Source: Gekko japonicus
Lineage: Eukaryota
NCBI RefSeq assembly: GCF_001447785.1
Contig: NW_015160223.1
Coordinates: 83,959-147,958, forward strand
Direction of reading: 5' to 3'
DNA: 64,000 nt
Position 1 is the first letter of the stretch; the number at the start of each line of letters is the position of its first letter. The translations under genes and the position numbers were made by a program. Below, in pieces: positions 13,768 through 25,039 of this stretch. Under the pieces are notes generated by a model. The model worked only from the letters and a program-made list of their open reading frames with translations. It was not told where the DNA came from and did not search any database.

Positions 13768-14900
13768 CTTCGGCCCCCGCCGCCAGCCAGACCGGCCCGG
13801 CCCCCGCTTCCCTTCCAGCCGCCGCCGCCGCCGCGCCCTCCGGGCCCCTCTGCTCGGCCCAGCTGCTCCCGCTCCGCGCCCCTCGACTGCGCCAGGCTGA
13901 GCCAGCCGAGCCTCGAACGCAAGGGACTCCTTGCGACCGAGGCGGGGAGAGGCGGAAGCAGCCGAGCGCCGAAGCGGCGATTGGGGAAGGTCGTGGAGGG
14001 AGGAGTGGCCAAGTGATCGTAGGCCGCGCGTAGATTTCCGTGTCAGCCGCCAAGACGCAAGGGAAGGGCGCGAGCGAGCGAGGCTTCTCCGTCGTAGTAA
14101 TGGCCACAACACACCATGATGATACTGTTAGCATTCCATTAAGGCAAACTAAATACGGACAGATAGCGCAGTCGTACAACATCTACTGAAAAGTAGCGAT
14201 CCTCGCTTGACCCAACGGGGCTGACTCCCCGGGAAGCGTGGCTAAAATGCCTAGGAGAGGGCAGTTAACCCGGGGGAGGGGGGCTGTTCCAACTGGAACT
14301 TTCTAGCGCCTAATGGGCAGCTGCTAAAGACCCACTGGAGCCTCTGGAAGGGCAAAAGACGATATCCCCCCAGAAGCCTTCCCAGCCCAGGGCGCTTAAG
14401 CAGCCTTGAGAGGGAAAGCGAGATGGGGGCCTAAAGTGGTAGGCTGGGTTTTAAGGCACCGCAAAACGGCGTCGCGGTTTCTGTGTCCCAGCCCCGCACC
14501 CATCCCATCCGGCACAAGCCGATGGGAATAAGGCCTGCTCAGTCAAATGGGACTTGCTCCGATGGGAGTGTGCTTTGGGATGCACTCCTAGCTTCGTTCC
14601 TTTCTGCGCTCAAGGGCCAATCTCCCTTACGAGAAAGCATCCGAGGGCCAAGGGCTCCCTTTTGGCTAAGGAGTGAGCGCTTCTTTCTTACCTCTTTTCC
14701 TTTTACCCATAGTCACCGCCGTTCTGTCTGATGCTGGCCCGCTCGGTATAGATCCTGCTTTCACACCCGTTTGAGCCTTAAGTCAGTCAGGCGCAGGAAC
14801 AAAACAATTTTTTAAAAAAATCCTCTCCTCTGGCTCTCCTTGAATACGAGGGTCTGAGGCGAGGGAAGTGTCTGCCGATTTGCCGCCAAGGGCCTAAGAA
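13768..14900 (-). promoter_or_regulatory. HIPK1: HIPK1 CpG-island promoter
   Basis: Very GC- and CpG-rich, (GCC)n run at ~13818-13834, CCAAT (minus) at 13980-13984, located upstream of the HIPK1 exons. Confidence 0.8.
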
Positions 14901-15155
14901 CACAGATCTACACCCGGAACCCCTGGTTTCCCTCTAGAGTTCGTCACACTTCGCTCCTATTATCTGGAGAGGTGTAAAGCTGGCTTTTAGAAAACATACT
15001 GGACACAAGTTTTTTCTTAAGAGTTGTACTCTTGCCACGCCCTGGTCACAGTTACAGTATTTTAATGCTTTCAGGCTCATAGCCATGGGGGGGGGGGGGG
15101 TTGAGTCATAATCCAATCCCCCTTTGTCACTGAAAAGTCCTTAGACATACTCCTG

Positions 15156-16088
15156 ATTTATTTATTTATTTAGATTTCTATCCCGCCCTCCCTGCAGGCT
15201 CAGGGCGGCTAACAGGGCATAATGCCAAGTAAAACAATAAAACAATATAAAATGTTAAATTACATATAGACAATTAATAACAGTTAAATAAACATCATAA
15301 AACATTTTCAGTGCTCCTCTATTTGGTTCCAGATGTTAGAATTTTTGTTTAAGACCAAGATGGTATGCTCCCATTTCCCTCCAATAATGCCCGCACCAGG
15401 ATGGCAGTCTGCGGAAATCATAGGGTGTTGGTGGAACAGTGATGGTGGCGGCTCCTATTCGAAAGCCTGGCAGAAGAGCTCCGTCTACCATGCCCTGCAG
15501 AACTGTACTAGGCCCCGCAGGGCCCGGATCTCCTCTGGGAGCTCATTCCACCAGATAGGAGCCGCCACCAAGAACGCCCTAGCCCTGGTCATCGCCATTT
15601 TGGTGGTCCTGGGGCCTGGAACATCCAGGAGATTTTGATTCCCCAACCGTAGTGCCCTTGGGGGAACATGCGGGGAAAGGCGGTCCCTTAGGTAGGCTGG
15701 TCCCTGGCCATATAGGGCTTTAAAGGTAAGAACCAGCACTTTGAAGCGAATCCAGTACGCTATTGGCAACCAGTGCAGCGCTTTCAGTACAGGCCGGATG
15801 TGATCTCGTCTAGGAAGACCCATCAGCAGCCTGGCTGCAGCATTCTGCACTACTTGCAGCTTCTGAATTTGCAACAAAGGCAGCCCCATGTAGAGAGCGT
15901 TACAGTAGTCTAGCCTTGAGGTGACCGTCGCATGGATCACTGTGGCCAGGTCATCCTGGTCGAGGAAAGGGACCAACTGCCGCACCAGCCGAAGATGGTA
16001 AAATGCCAACTTAGCAGTGGCTGCTACCTGGGCTTCCATCGTTAACGAGGAGTCCAGGAGCACACCCAAACTCCTAACCTCCGACGCT
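15156..16088 (-). mobile_element. Young 5'-truncated L2 LINE (RT C-terminus plus 3'UTR)
   Basis: ORF 15485-16114: VRSLGVLLDSSL, SRLDYCNALY, LQVVQNAAAR, LHWLP, APIWWNELP. 3' stem ccgccctgagcc...gggcggga and (TAAA)n tail at 15156-15175. Confidence 0.92.
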
Positions 16089-16363
16089 CTAAGACTTTTA
16101 TTAGGAAAGAACAAGACAACTTAAATTGGCTCGCAGGCCGGTTTATATCCCCTGAAAACCCCACCCCCCAAACACATCCCTACTCAAGTCATTGGCTATT
16201 TACAGTGGCTGAGAGTCCCACAGGCTCTCGGTCGGAGCCTAGCCCTCCGATAGGCTGCGAGCAAGGATCCTCTAGACCATTGTTCCTCAGAGCGAACCCC
16301 GGAGGTTTGCCTCACCGCTTGGAGCCTTTTGTCTCACACGTGGTCGGAGATCGGTATATTACA
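16089..16363 (-). mobile_element. Gypsy 3' LTR (U3/R), split by the L2; probable remainder at 15125-15155
   Basis: Starts TGTAAT immediately after the polypurine tract (16364-16376). Minus-strand CCAAT 16191-16195, TATAAA 16142-16147, AATAAA 16097-16102. A possible ...GTGACA terminus lies at 15125. Confidence 0.7.
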
Positions 16364-18106
16364 CCCCTCCCCCCTTGGTCCGAAAGACACCCACATATAT
16401 AGTCCTTCAAATATTCTGGAGCCTTACACTCCCTTGCGGAGCTACGTGTTGCTGGGATGGTAGAGGACACTGACGCTGATGCTCTCAGCGGAGAGCTGGC
16501 TGACGCTGGCAAAGCTGGTGTCGTTCCCTGGGGTTCGTCTGAGGTGGCCAGGGAATCTGCGAGCTGGTTGATGAGTGCCGGGGGCACCGTTTCCGGTGTA
16601 CTGGCTATCACTGGGGCTGACTGTTGTTCAGGGGTCTCAGATGTCTCAGGCTGTTCGGTGTCCTCTGGTTCCAGAGGCAGCACTCGCGGATGCATTTGGT
16701 CGATGTGTCTGTGGAGCACCATACCGTCCTCACATAAGACCTCATAGGAACGGGGGCCCTTGACTTGCACCACTTGCACTGGGATCCACGGCGGGCCCTT
16801 GGAGTAGTTCCACACGTACACGGGGTCTTCAGGGAAAGTCCCTCAGGCTACTTCCTTTCCTCCGTGCCCGGCTTGCGTTCTGGGGCCCGGTCCGGGTGAA
16901 GTCAATCGAGACGTGTCGTGAGGCGACGACCCAGGATCAATTCGGCTGGGCTGCACCCTGTTGTGTGCGGGGTGGTTCGTTGGCCGAAGAGGAAGGAGGC
17001 CAACTTGTAGTCCCAGTCTGGTGAGTCGAGCCGTCGGAGTGCGTCCTTGGTGGTTCAGACCATCCGTTCCGCCTGGCCATTAGTGGCAGGGTGGAACAGC
17101 GTGGACCGCACATGGCGAATCCCATAGTATTCCGTAAAGTCCTGGAATTCCCCGGACATGGCCTTGATGGCGGATCTTGAGGAGGTGGACAGAACTGGAA
17201 CAACCTCTAGCCACTTGCTGTAATAGTCAACCATAATAAAAAAACAGCTGCCCCTGGAATGGCCCCGCAAAGTGTAGGTGAAGCCGAGACCAGGCGTGGT
17301 GGGAGGACTCCCAGGCGCTCTCCAGGGCCCGAGGTGGTTCCGGGCAAGAGGCTTGGCAGGGCTGACATCTTTTTACTTTGTCCTCGATGTCCCAATCGAG
17401 GCCTGGCCACCAGACGTAGCTCCTTGCCAACGCCTTCATCCATACGACTCCGGGGTGGTGCTCGTGCAGAGCTTCTATGACCCGCTGCTGAAGTGGTTTA
17501 GGAATAACCACCCGGCCACCCCACATCAGGCACCGTTTGTATGTGGACAGTTAGTCTTTCCTTGTGGCGAACGGTGTGAACTCAGGGCCCTCTTTGGCCA
17601 TAGGCCACCCCCTCCCCACCCAGTCCAGGACCTGACAGAGCACCTTATCACGGGCCATGAGGTGGGCCACCTCCTGCACATGGACCAGGCAATCAGGAAG
17701 TGACTCCAAGAGGGCTATTGTGTGCGCGAGAGCCGGGTCGGGATCTGTGACTGGTAGTGGCAGGCGGCTGAGTGCATCCGTGTGTCCCATGGCTTTTCCG
17801 GGGTGATGGATGAGGTCGTAGCTGTAACCTGCCAGAAAAATGGACCACCGGAGGAAGACCATCTGCGGAGTCTGGCGGTTGGGGGCCAGGAGACCCAGAA
17901 GAGGTTTATGGTCCGTCACCACCGTGAAGGGTTGGCCATAGAGATAGTGGTGGAATTTTTTGACACCCGCCACAGTCGCTAATGCCTCCTTGTCTATCTG
18001 CATGTAGTTGTGCTCCACAGAAGACAAGGTCCTGGAATAGGGCGGAACCTCCCGCCCATCTGCAACAGGTGATCCAGGACCGCCCCAACCCCATAAGGGG
18101 AGACGT
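16364..18106 (-). mobile_element. Ty3/Gypsy internal region (RNase H, integrase, GPY/F region), degenerate
   Basis: YSRTLS..EHNY.QIDKEAL, VTDHKPLLGL, DALSRLP, LHEHHPG..MKALARSYVWWP..C..C (HHCC), HFAGPF, HPATNGQAERMV, KGPRSYEV..RHIDQ; several frameshifts; PPT. Confidence 0.92.
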
Positions 18107-19106
18107 TCACGGACCACTTGGCCCCAAAACCCACTAAGTTCGCAGAACGGATGGACTTTGCAGTTCCGTTCTGGAAGTAGTTTATCTCTAGGTCAACCGA
18201 CGGACGTCCCAGCGCTCTCAACACAGCAAAGGGTCATCTTCGGCTAAGGCACCTCACCACTCTTTGGCCTGTGCCAGCTGCAGCGACGCTCACGAGCGCT
18301 GGACTTGCCGATTCAGGGACGCCATCTGCCGGACCTGCAACAAGGCGGGCCACCTGGTGAGAGTTTGCCACTCCAAGGGACAACAGCAGAAGACACCTTA
18401 ACTGACCGGCTCTGGGCAGTACTCCAGAGGTTCGACTCCGCCGGCCTCAAGGGGAAGAAGAAGTGTCTTCTCGGGGTACCATGCATCAAATTTTTGGGGT
18501 TTGTGGTAGATGTCCTGGGAATCCACCCCATGGACGATAAAGGGCGATCTTGCAAGCGCCTCCTCCTACTTCCAGAACGGAACTGCAGGCTTTCTTGGGC
18601 CTGCTTAATTTTCATCATGCTTTCCTGCCCTTGAAAGCTGCCATGGCGGAACCACTCCACCGCCTGCTGGATAAGGACGCGCCCTGGGTCTGGATGTCTG
18701 CTAACACGGCGGCATTTCAGGGGGTTAAGGACTTGCTCATGTCTAATTCCATCTTACATCATTTTAACGAGTCGCTGCTGGTTGTCCTCGCCTGCGACGC
18801 TTCCCCTTATGGGGTCGGGGCGGTCCTGGGGCATCGGTTGCCAGATGGGCGAGAGGTCCCAGTCACCTACTATTCCAGGACCTTGTCTTCTGCCGAGCAC
18901 AACTATGCACAGATAGACAAGGAGGCGTTAGCGATAGTGGCTAGTGTAAAAAAGTTCCACCACTATCTCTACAGCTGCCCCTTCATGGTAGTGACAGACC
19001 ATAGGCCCCTACTGGGTCTCCTGGCCTCGGACTGTCAGACTCCGCAGATGGTCTCCCCCAGGGTTCTGCGGTGGTCCATCTTTTTGGCAGGTTACAGCTA
19101 TGACCT
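18107..19106 (+). mobile_element. Second, internally deleted Gypsy copy (gag fragments, RT end, RNase H) in the opposite orientation
   Basis: gag-like DHLAPKPTKFAERMDF and CCHC knuckle CRTCNKAGHLVRVC; RT end KFLGFVV; LQAFLGLLNF, LACDASPYGVGAVL, QIDKEALAIV. Ends at the gap. Confidence 0.9.
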
Positions 19107-19340
19107 NNNNNNNNNNNNNNNNNNNNNNNNNNNNNNNNNNNNNNNNNNNNNNNNNNNNNNNNNNNNNNNNNNNNNNNNNNNNNNNNNNNNNNNNNNNNNN
19201 NNNNNNNNNNNNNNNNNNNNNNNNNNNNNNNNNNNNNNNNNNNNNNNNNNNNNNNNNNNNNNNNNNNNNNNNNNNNNNNNNNNNNNNNNNNNNNNNNNNN
19301 NNNNNNNNNNNNNNNNNNNNNNNNNNNNNNNNNNNNNNNN
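19107..19340. other. Assembly gap
   Basis: N run. Confidence 1.
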
Positions 19341-19622
19341 CAGCATACTCAAAATTGCAACAGCACAGGCATTTTGATGTAATAAATCAGAGCAAGAGCT
19401 GTCAGTTATCAGACACTGTTAAATAAAATATTGCAAGAGTGCTGATGTTTTAAGCATGTTTTTATTTTAAGTAAAAAAAACCCTTCCCTTTGTGTTTGTG
19501 TCCTTTATAAAGTTTATATCTCCGCTACCTGGCATTACATTTTATGACACACATGGCCTGGCCCAACAAGGTCTCATTTATGACAGATCTGGCCCTCATA
19601 ACAAATGAGTGTGACACCCCTG
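19341..19622 (-). mobile_element. hAT non-autonomous element, same family as 9555-9967 (partial)
   Basis: Reverse complement of 9555-9730 (ataaagtttatatctccgctacctggcattacattttatgacacacatggcc...), ending GTGACACCCCTG. Confidence 0.8.
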
Positions 19623-22600
19623 CCCTAGATCCTTTCCAGGAATTAAAGGTGGCAGCCCTGTTTACCGATACATATGATATTTACACAAATGCAAGACTGT
19701 TTTTTTTTCCAGGTATGCCATCAAAAAGAGGGGGCTGTCTTAAATTTGCATACATGTTACAGTTATGTCCAATAATTTAAAAAAACTATTTGTGTATTAC
19801 ATTTTTAGAGGAAGTCATTTTACATTAAGTGTCATATTCCTTTTGAGTAAGTATAGTGTGTGTATCATAACACAAATGTTTTGTCAATAAATGACTGCTG
19901 GCACACATACTATATTGGTAAGTGGTTCTTGAAGAAACAGCAAAGTTCCATGATCTCTATATGTAAAGAATAGGTTATTTCACCATTGTACTGTAAGCAA
20001 TGTTGCTATGATAACTACATTGTGCAGGGGAGGATAGGTGATAGAAAAAAGATAAACCCTTAACAAGCACCACTCCTGCAGCTGGAATGTGGGGATTGCA
20101 AAGAGGGGGAAAACAACTCCTGCACTAGTTTACTACTCTCTACCATGTCATAAAGAAGCGAACTTCTTCAAAAAATACAGAATTGCTATATACTTCTGTG
20201 AACTTTTATGGCTACTCCGCTTCAGTGACTGAAGGGTAATAGTAGATCGGTATCCCAAGATTTTTTCTATAAAGTCCTATGGCTATGTTAGTGAGACAGG
20301 ACTTGCAAATTATATCAGCCCATCTAGTTTATCCACATGTCTTAGGCAGCAAGGGAGATTTTTCAGAGGAAGGTGCAAAGCCTTTGCAACAGGCTGATAA
20401 ACAATATTCAGTTATGAACATCATAACCTCTCAACAATTATTATGACTTTGATTTAGCTTTGGGAAGGGGTTATTTTAGCCACGGATTTAATTTCTTGAG
20501 AAATTTTGGATGAGCCAGGATCATTTTGTCAGGCTATAAGGATGGAGGAGAGATTATTACAAAGACAGGCCATGAGACTCAACATTCCAAGACGTATAGG
20601 TATGTTACATTGCATTGTAGAGCACAAATGAAAACAAGGTCCAGTTAAAGACACATCGTCCAAGAGGGTGAGTGTGGGCCATTCCCAATTGCTGATCAAC
20701 TGGTGAAGTAAAATGAATAGAGAAACAGGCTCAACTTTGGGTGGGGGCCATGTAGGAGTTTTGATGTGTCAGGTAACAAGCATGAAGAGCTGATTTTATC
20801 ACTGAATCCACTCCCATATCTCTGAAATGTCCCCAGTTGTCACACTTGCCTAATATTTAATTTGATTCTCTGGCCCTTATTATTTCTCTCGAGTCTATGA
20901 CTCTCACCTGATATTTCTGAATTATTTAAGTTATTTAAAAACAGCTAAATTGTGTTGCAGGGATAGTCAAATGCCTTGCTCAGCAATATCATGGAACATA
21001 TAACTAGAGTCTGTATGTCACCACAACCACATTAGCCTGGTACTGACAGTAGTAGGACTTTGTACTGTTTGACTTTATGGCCTTATTCCAGTGAATTGGC
21101 TAGCGCTGACTTAAACAGGGGCATTACACCTGAGAGTATGTTGCCTTCCTAAGCAACTGAAAACTATTAACATGGAAAATATTGAGGGGTGTGTGTGGAC
21201 ATTCCAGTGTCAATCAGCCAGGGCAACAAAACATTCCTCTTTCTCTGAGAATTTCCCCAGCCTACTTTTCCCCTGCAGGGTTCCTACAACAAAAACATTC
21301 ATGGATGTGTTGCAGAGATGCTAATTTGTAGTTCAGCTTTTTTGAGGCTTTCTGCCCTTGTGGAACAAGTTGGCTACAAGAGCTGAGACACTTGCCTCTT
21401 TCAAGCTGGTCTAGTGCTGGCAATTCTGTTCACCTGTTAAGCAAGCTTGTTAACATAGCAGTAAATACAAACCAGTAACATAGAAACTATAATCATTACT
21501 TAGACCTTTGAAATCTGCTGTGGTTCTCTCAGTCAGTTGCACATCACTTGTTGGGTGATGTAACTTGAGGTACAGAATTGCTGCCATTTTTCTGTCAGGG
21601 CTGCATTTTTTAAAATCACACCCCTACAAAGGGTTAAAGACACACAAAATAACCCTTTGTAAATGTAACACTTTGTAAAACCATTCTAAAAGTGATGTTT
21701 TTTTCTGAACAAAAATTGTCTATGCTTTTCTAAACTCTTGAAAGAGGGAAGTTTAAAGTGAGGCAGGTCTTGTTTACAGACTAATATAAAGCCTATTTAA
21801 GTCACCAGATATCTGTTGTTCCATTAATCCCAAGGAGAGGTGATTCTTTTAAAAACTACCTTTGATACAGACTTCAGCTTTTCCTGTAGGAAAATCAGTC
21901 AGAAGGAACCTGTTTTTCCTGTTGTTCGCTACTATGTTAGTGTGACACTCCTAATTCTCCAGATAAAGAACATTGTGCACCGACTTCATTTTTATAACAT
22001 ATAGATATGATAAAAAGCAGTCATCTTTTTCCTCCAATAAATCCTACCCCCATTGTATGCCAACACAAACAACTGGAAAACTACAAGCTGTCATGCATGT
22101 GACCTTATTATTAACAGAATCTGCACATGAAAGGAAAAATACACTTATCTTCTTCGTCAGATGTTCACATAGCCATGGACTTTCTGGGCAGAGCCCACAT
22201 ATGGCTATCTTTTATTAGATATGCTTGCATGGATCAGGTAAACATAATGTCACTAGTTACAACTGACTACAAACTTCACTGTGGATTAACTTAAATTGGT
22301 ATCTGATCTAGTAAGAAATAAAGAATCAGACAACACTGTGGAAAGTATTGCTGTAAAATGTTACACTATTCTCTAAATATACATAAATATCTGACTGCTT
22401 CTTTTTGAGTAAGGATGTGGATGACAAGTACCAAGAAAAGATTCAAAGGTGTCTTTAGTTATAGCTTTAACTAAAGCATGCAATAGCTTTAACTAACCTT
22501 GTTTGTTTAGAAGTGCATTCCTTTGGATACAATGGCACTTCAAAGTATCTTTAAAATACAATGAGAAGCTCTTGTAATCAATAAAAATTATAATAAAATG

Positions 22601-23500
22601 AGGATAAATATGTATAACATCTTTTTAGATTTCATGTTTTGGAATGTATGCAAATGTAATTGCCTAAGGAACATTACTGCCTGAGACTGAAGTGTTAAAA
22701 ATATTTATAAACATTTTAAAAGAGTAGTTGTTGAATCGAACAATTCCCTGCAACAAGAAGTTATTTACAATAGTGACTTTTCATCAAATTAAAGATTATT
22801 TCTTCAGTGAAAATGAGAGTTATTGTTATTTATTCCCGCCAAAGAGCTCAAAACCCTTAGAGGAATGTGAGCCCAAACTCAGAATAAAATGCGTAGGAAA
22901 TCTTGTAAACAGTCCAGATCAGTTTCCTTTGCTGTTAGGTGGGGGAGCATAGGTCTTCCTGTTGCACAATGTTTACGTCAGCAGCAGGAAAACATAAAGC
23001 TGCTTGACAGCAACAGCCAGCGATGGAGCAGTCACAAACATCTCCATGCAAGTGTCACGAGAACTCCACTTGCTGTTGTAGGGCAATATGTAAAGACTAG
23101 TAATAAGGCCCGATGCGGAAAGAAATGAAACGAACTCTAGGAAGAGGGCCTGGGAGAGTGCAAAGTGATATTTCATGTGCAGGCTGACACAACCATTGGC
23201 AGGGCCTTGTTTCTTATGGCCCCAACATGTTAATACATACGTATGTCTCTGACTCTCCAACCCCCCTCTAAAGTGGTGGTGACAGTCCACTGTGAAAGCA
23301 CCCACCTTCGCCATGGCCAGCCGTGCATCTCCTGTAGCCCGCGCGATGGAGCCTGGCAGCTGCTGCCTCCCAAAATCAGGACAGCTAAGGGCACATTTGA
23401 GGGGTGGCGGTGACGCACGTCGGGGGCGGTGGCTAGCTGGCCATTTACCGAGGGCCACCTGAGAGGGGCTGCCTGCAAGCAAGACCCCTGATGGGGGGAT

Positions 23501-24087
23501 GGGGAGTGGTGGCACAGGGGATTTATCCTCTGGTTAATACATCTGAGCTGAACAGAGCTGCTGTCAGTTCTAGCCCCGTGCTGGTGTGAGCTACCAGCCT
23601 TGTCCCCAGCTTGCCGTCCACCCAGCAGTTCAAAAGCTTCGGCGAGTAGATAAAATGGGTACCACTCATTAGAGAGGGTGGGCACACTAAAACCCCCCAG
23701 TGGGGGAGGTGTTAGCCGACGAATGTCCAGCGCATAAGACCGAAAAGCCTAGAAAGAACTCTCCGGCATCAAGGAAGCCTGTAATGGGCCGTCCGGCCAG
23801 GCGGTGGCAGTGCTGCGCTGCAACTTGAAGCAGTCTGGAGAAAGCTGACGACATCAAGCCACGCCGCGGGAAAAATGCCATTGGAACACGTCTGACCTTA
23901 CAGCTGAACAAAACTCCCCGTCGGCTGCGAACGTGTGTGATTTAAAGATTATATGTTGTCCTCCCTTACCCCTTGAATTATTGTTAGTCCCGTGTGTAAT
24001 GGAGTAACTGTAAATCGCTCAGAGTCAGCAAGTTCTGCACGATTGAGCGATTAATAAATTGAAATATTTATTTATTTATTTATTTAT
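23501..24087 (+). mobile_element. Composite SINE: tRNA head, Sauria-SINE-like domain, unique middle, L2-type tail
   Basis: gtgagctaccagccttgtccccagcttgccgtccacccagcagttcaaaagc...gcgagtagataaaatgggtaccact aligns by eye to the Sauria SINEs at 54752-55672. The 3' end has the stem aatcgctca...tgagcgatt, then ataaat and (TTTA)n. Confidence 0.65.
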
Positions 24088-24439
24088 CCATGCTACTAGT
24101 TGCCTGATGGGGGTTGGGCAATCTCCCATCATGTACACAGTCTCCCAGATTCTGCAACACTCTAACCACTATACTGCAATGGCTCCATCATACTGGAGCA
24201 TGCCCTGGGACAGCTAAACCTCCCCCACCCCCATATGTTACTTCAGTGCCCTGAGCTGAACTGCATCTTGAAAACAGTATCCCAAACTGCATTTTATGAA
24301 TATCATTTTTTATGTCTATGAAATAAGAGAATAGAAGATTATAATGAATCAATAGTTATTACATTTTGTGACTTTGTTTAGGTCTAAATGCCTCCTTTTC
24401 CCTTTTTAAATTTTCCTGGAGTTTTTTTTTTTTTTTTTT

Positions 24440-24692
24440 TGCCAAGTGCTTTTTTAGAAAGTGGGAGGAGGCAGGTGGCCATTGGCTGTGCAGATTAAAA
24501 GGCACCCCGTAAAACAGGCTTTCTGCCTGTACCAGGGCTGCAAGAGTTATTATTATAGTTATATACATAACCTGGCTTCCTGACATTGTGTGATGGGCTC
24601 CTCCTTCGGTAGTGGCCATTCTGTCACTGTGCCCACCGCCCTGTGCTAGAACCCCAAAGGTGCCTGCCAGCTCTGAAATGTCAGGGACCCTT
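24440..24692 (+). mobile_element. Old hAT-like DNA transposon fragment
   Basis: Ends ...ggtgcctgccagctctgaaatgtcagggacccttg, resembling hAT termini (ggggacccctg). Confidence 0.4.
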
Positions 24693-24744
24693 GTTTTCCG
24701 GCTATTCCCGCAGTCAATGGGAGGCTCCAGACTTGTCCTCCGCT

Positions 24745-25037
24745 TATTTCTTCTTCTTCTTCTTCTCATCATCATCATCATCATCTTTCTATTTATATCC
24801 CGCCTTGCCAGGCAAAGTGGCTCAAGGCAGCTTACATGAGATAAAATACAATAAAACAATAAATACAGTACAACTCTCATAATAAAGTGCAAGTAAGACA
24901 ATACAGATGACGGCAGTTTCTAAACATGATCCAAGAAGAAAGTGGCATCCCACGGTGTAACACTAAGGGCCATAGTATGTTCTGATGGCTCATCTGTCAG
25001 TGGCAGCTCCTAATCGAAGGCCTGGTGGAAGAGCTCC
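24745..25037 (-). mobile_element. L2 LINE 3' end with (GAT)n/(GAA)n microsatellite tail
   Basis: tttatatcccgccttgcc...gctcaaggcagcttaca 3' stem; ELFHQAF ORF2 C-terminus; (TTC)n(ATC)n tail. Confidence 0.75.
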
Positions 25038-25039
25038 TG

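Noticed and set aside
13329-14182. Several 190-250-aa ORFs at the HIPK1 5' end
   Set aside because: They span an N gap and GC-rich promoter DNA with few stops; no recognisable protein.
23670-23730. HDV-like ribozyme in the composite SINE (CGAA before a GGGCA/UGUCC pairing)
   Set aside because: Pairings form a simple nested hairpin; the P1/P3/P1.1 double pseudoknot could not be built.
22973-23911. 180-aa and 151-aa minus-strand ORFs
   Set aside because: Low-information translations overlapping a SINE and GC-rich repeat DNA; no domain or splice support.
24359-24901. 180-aa ORF with poly-M/R/K runs
   Set aside because: Translation of L2-tail microsatellites and a poly-T run.
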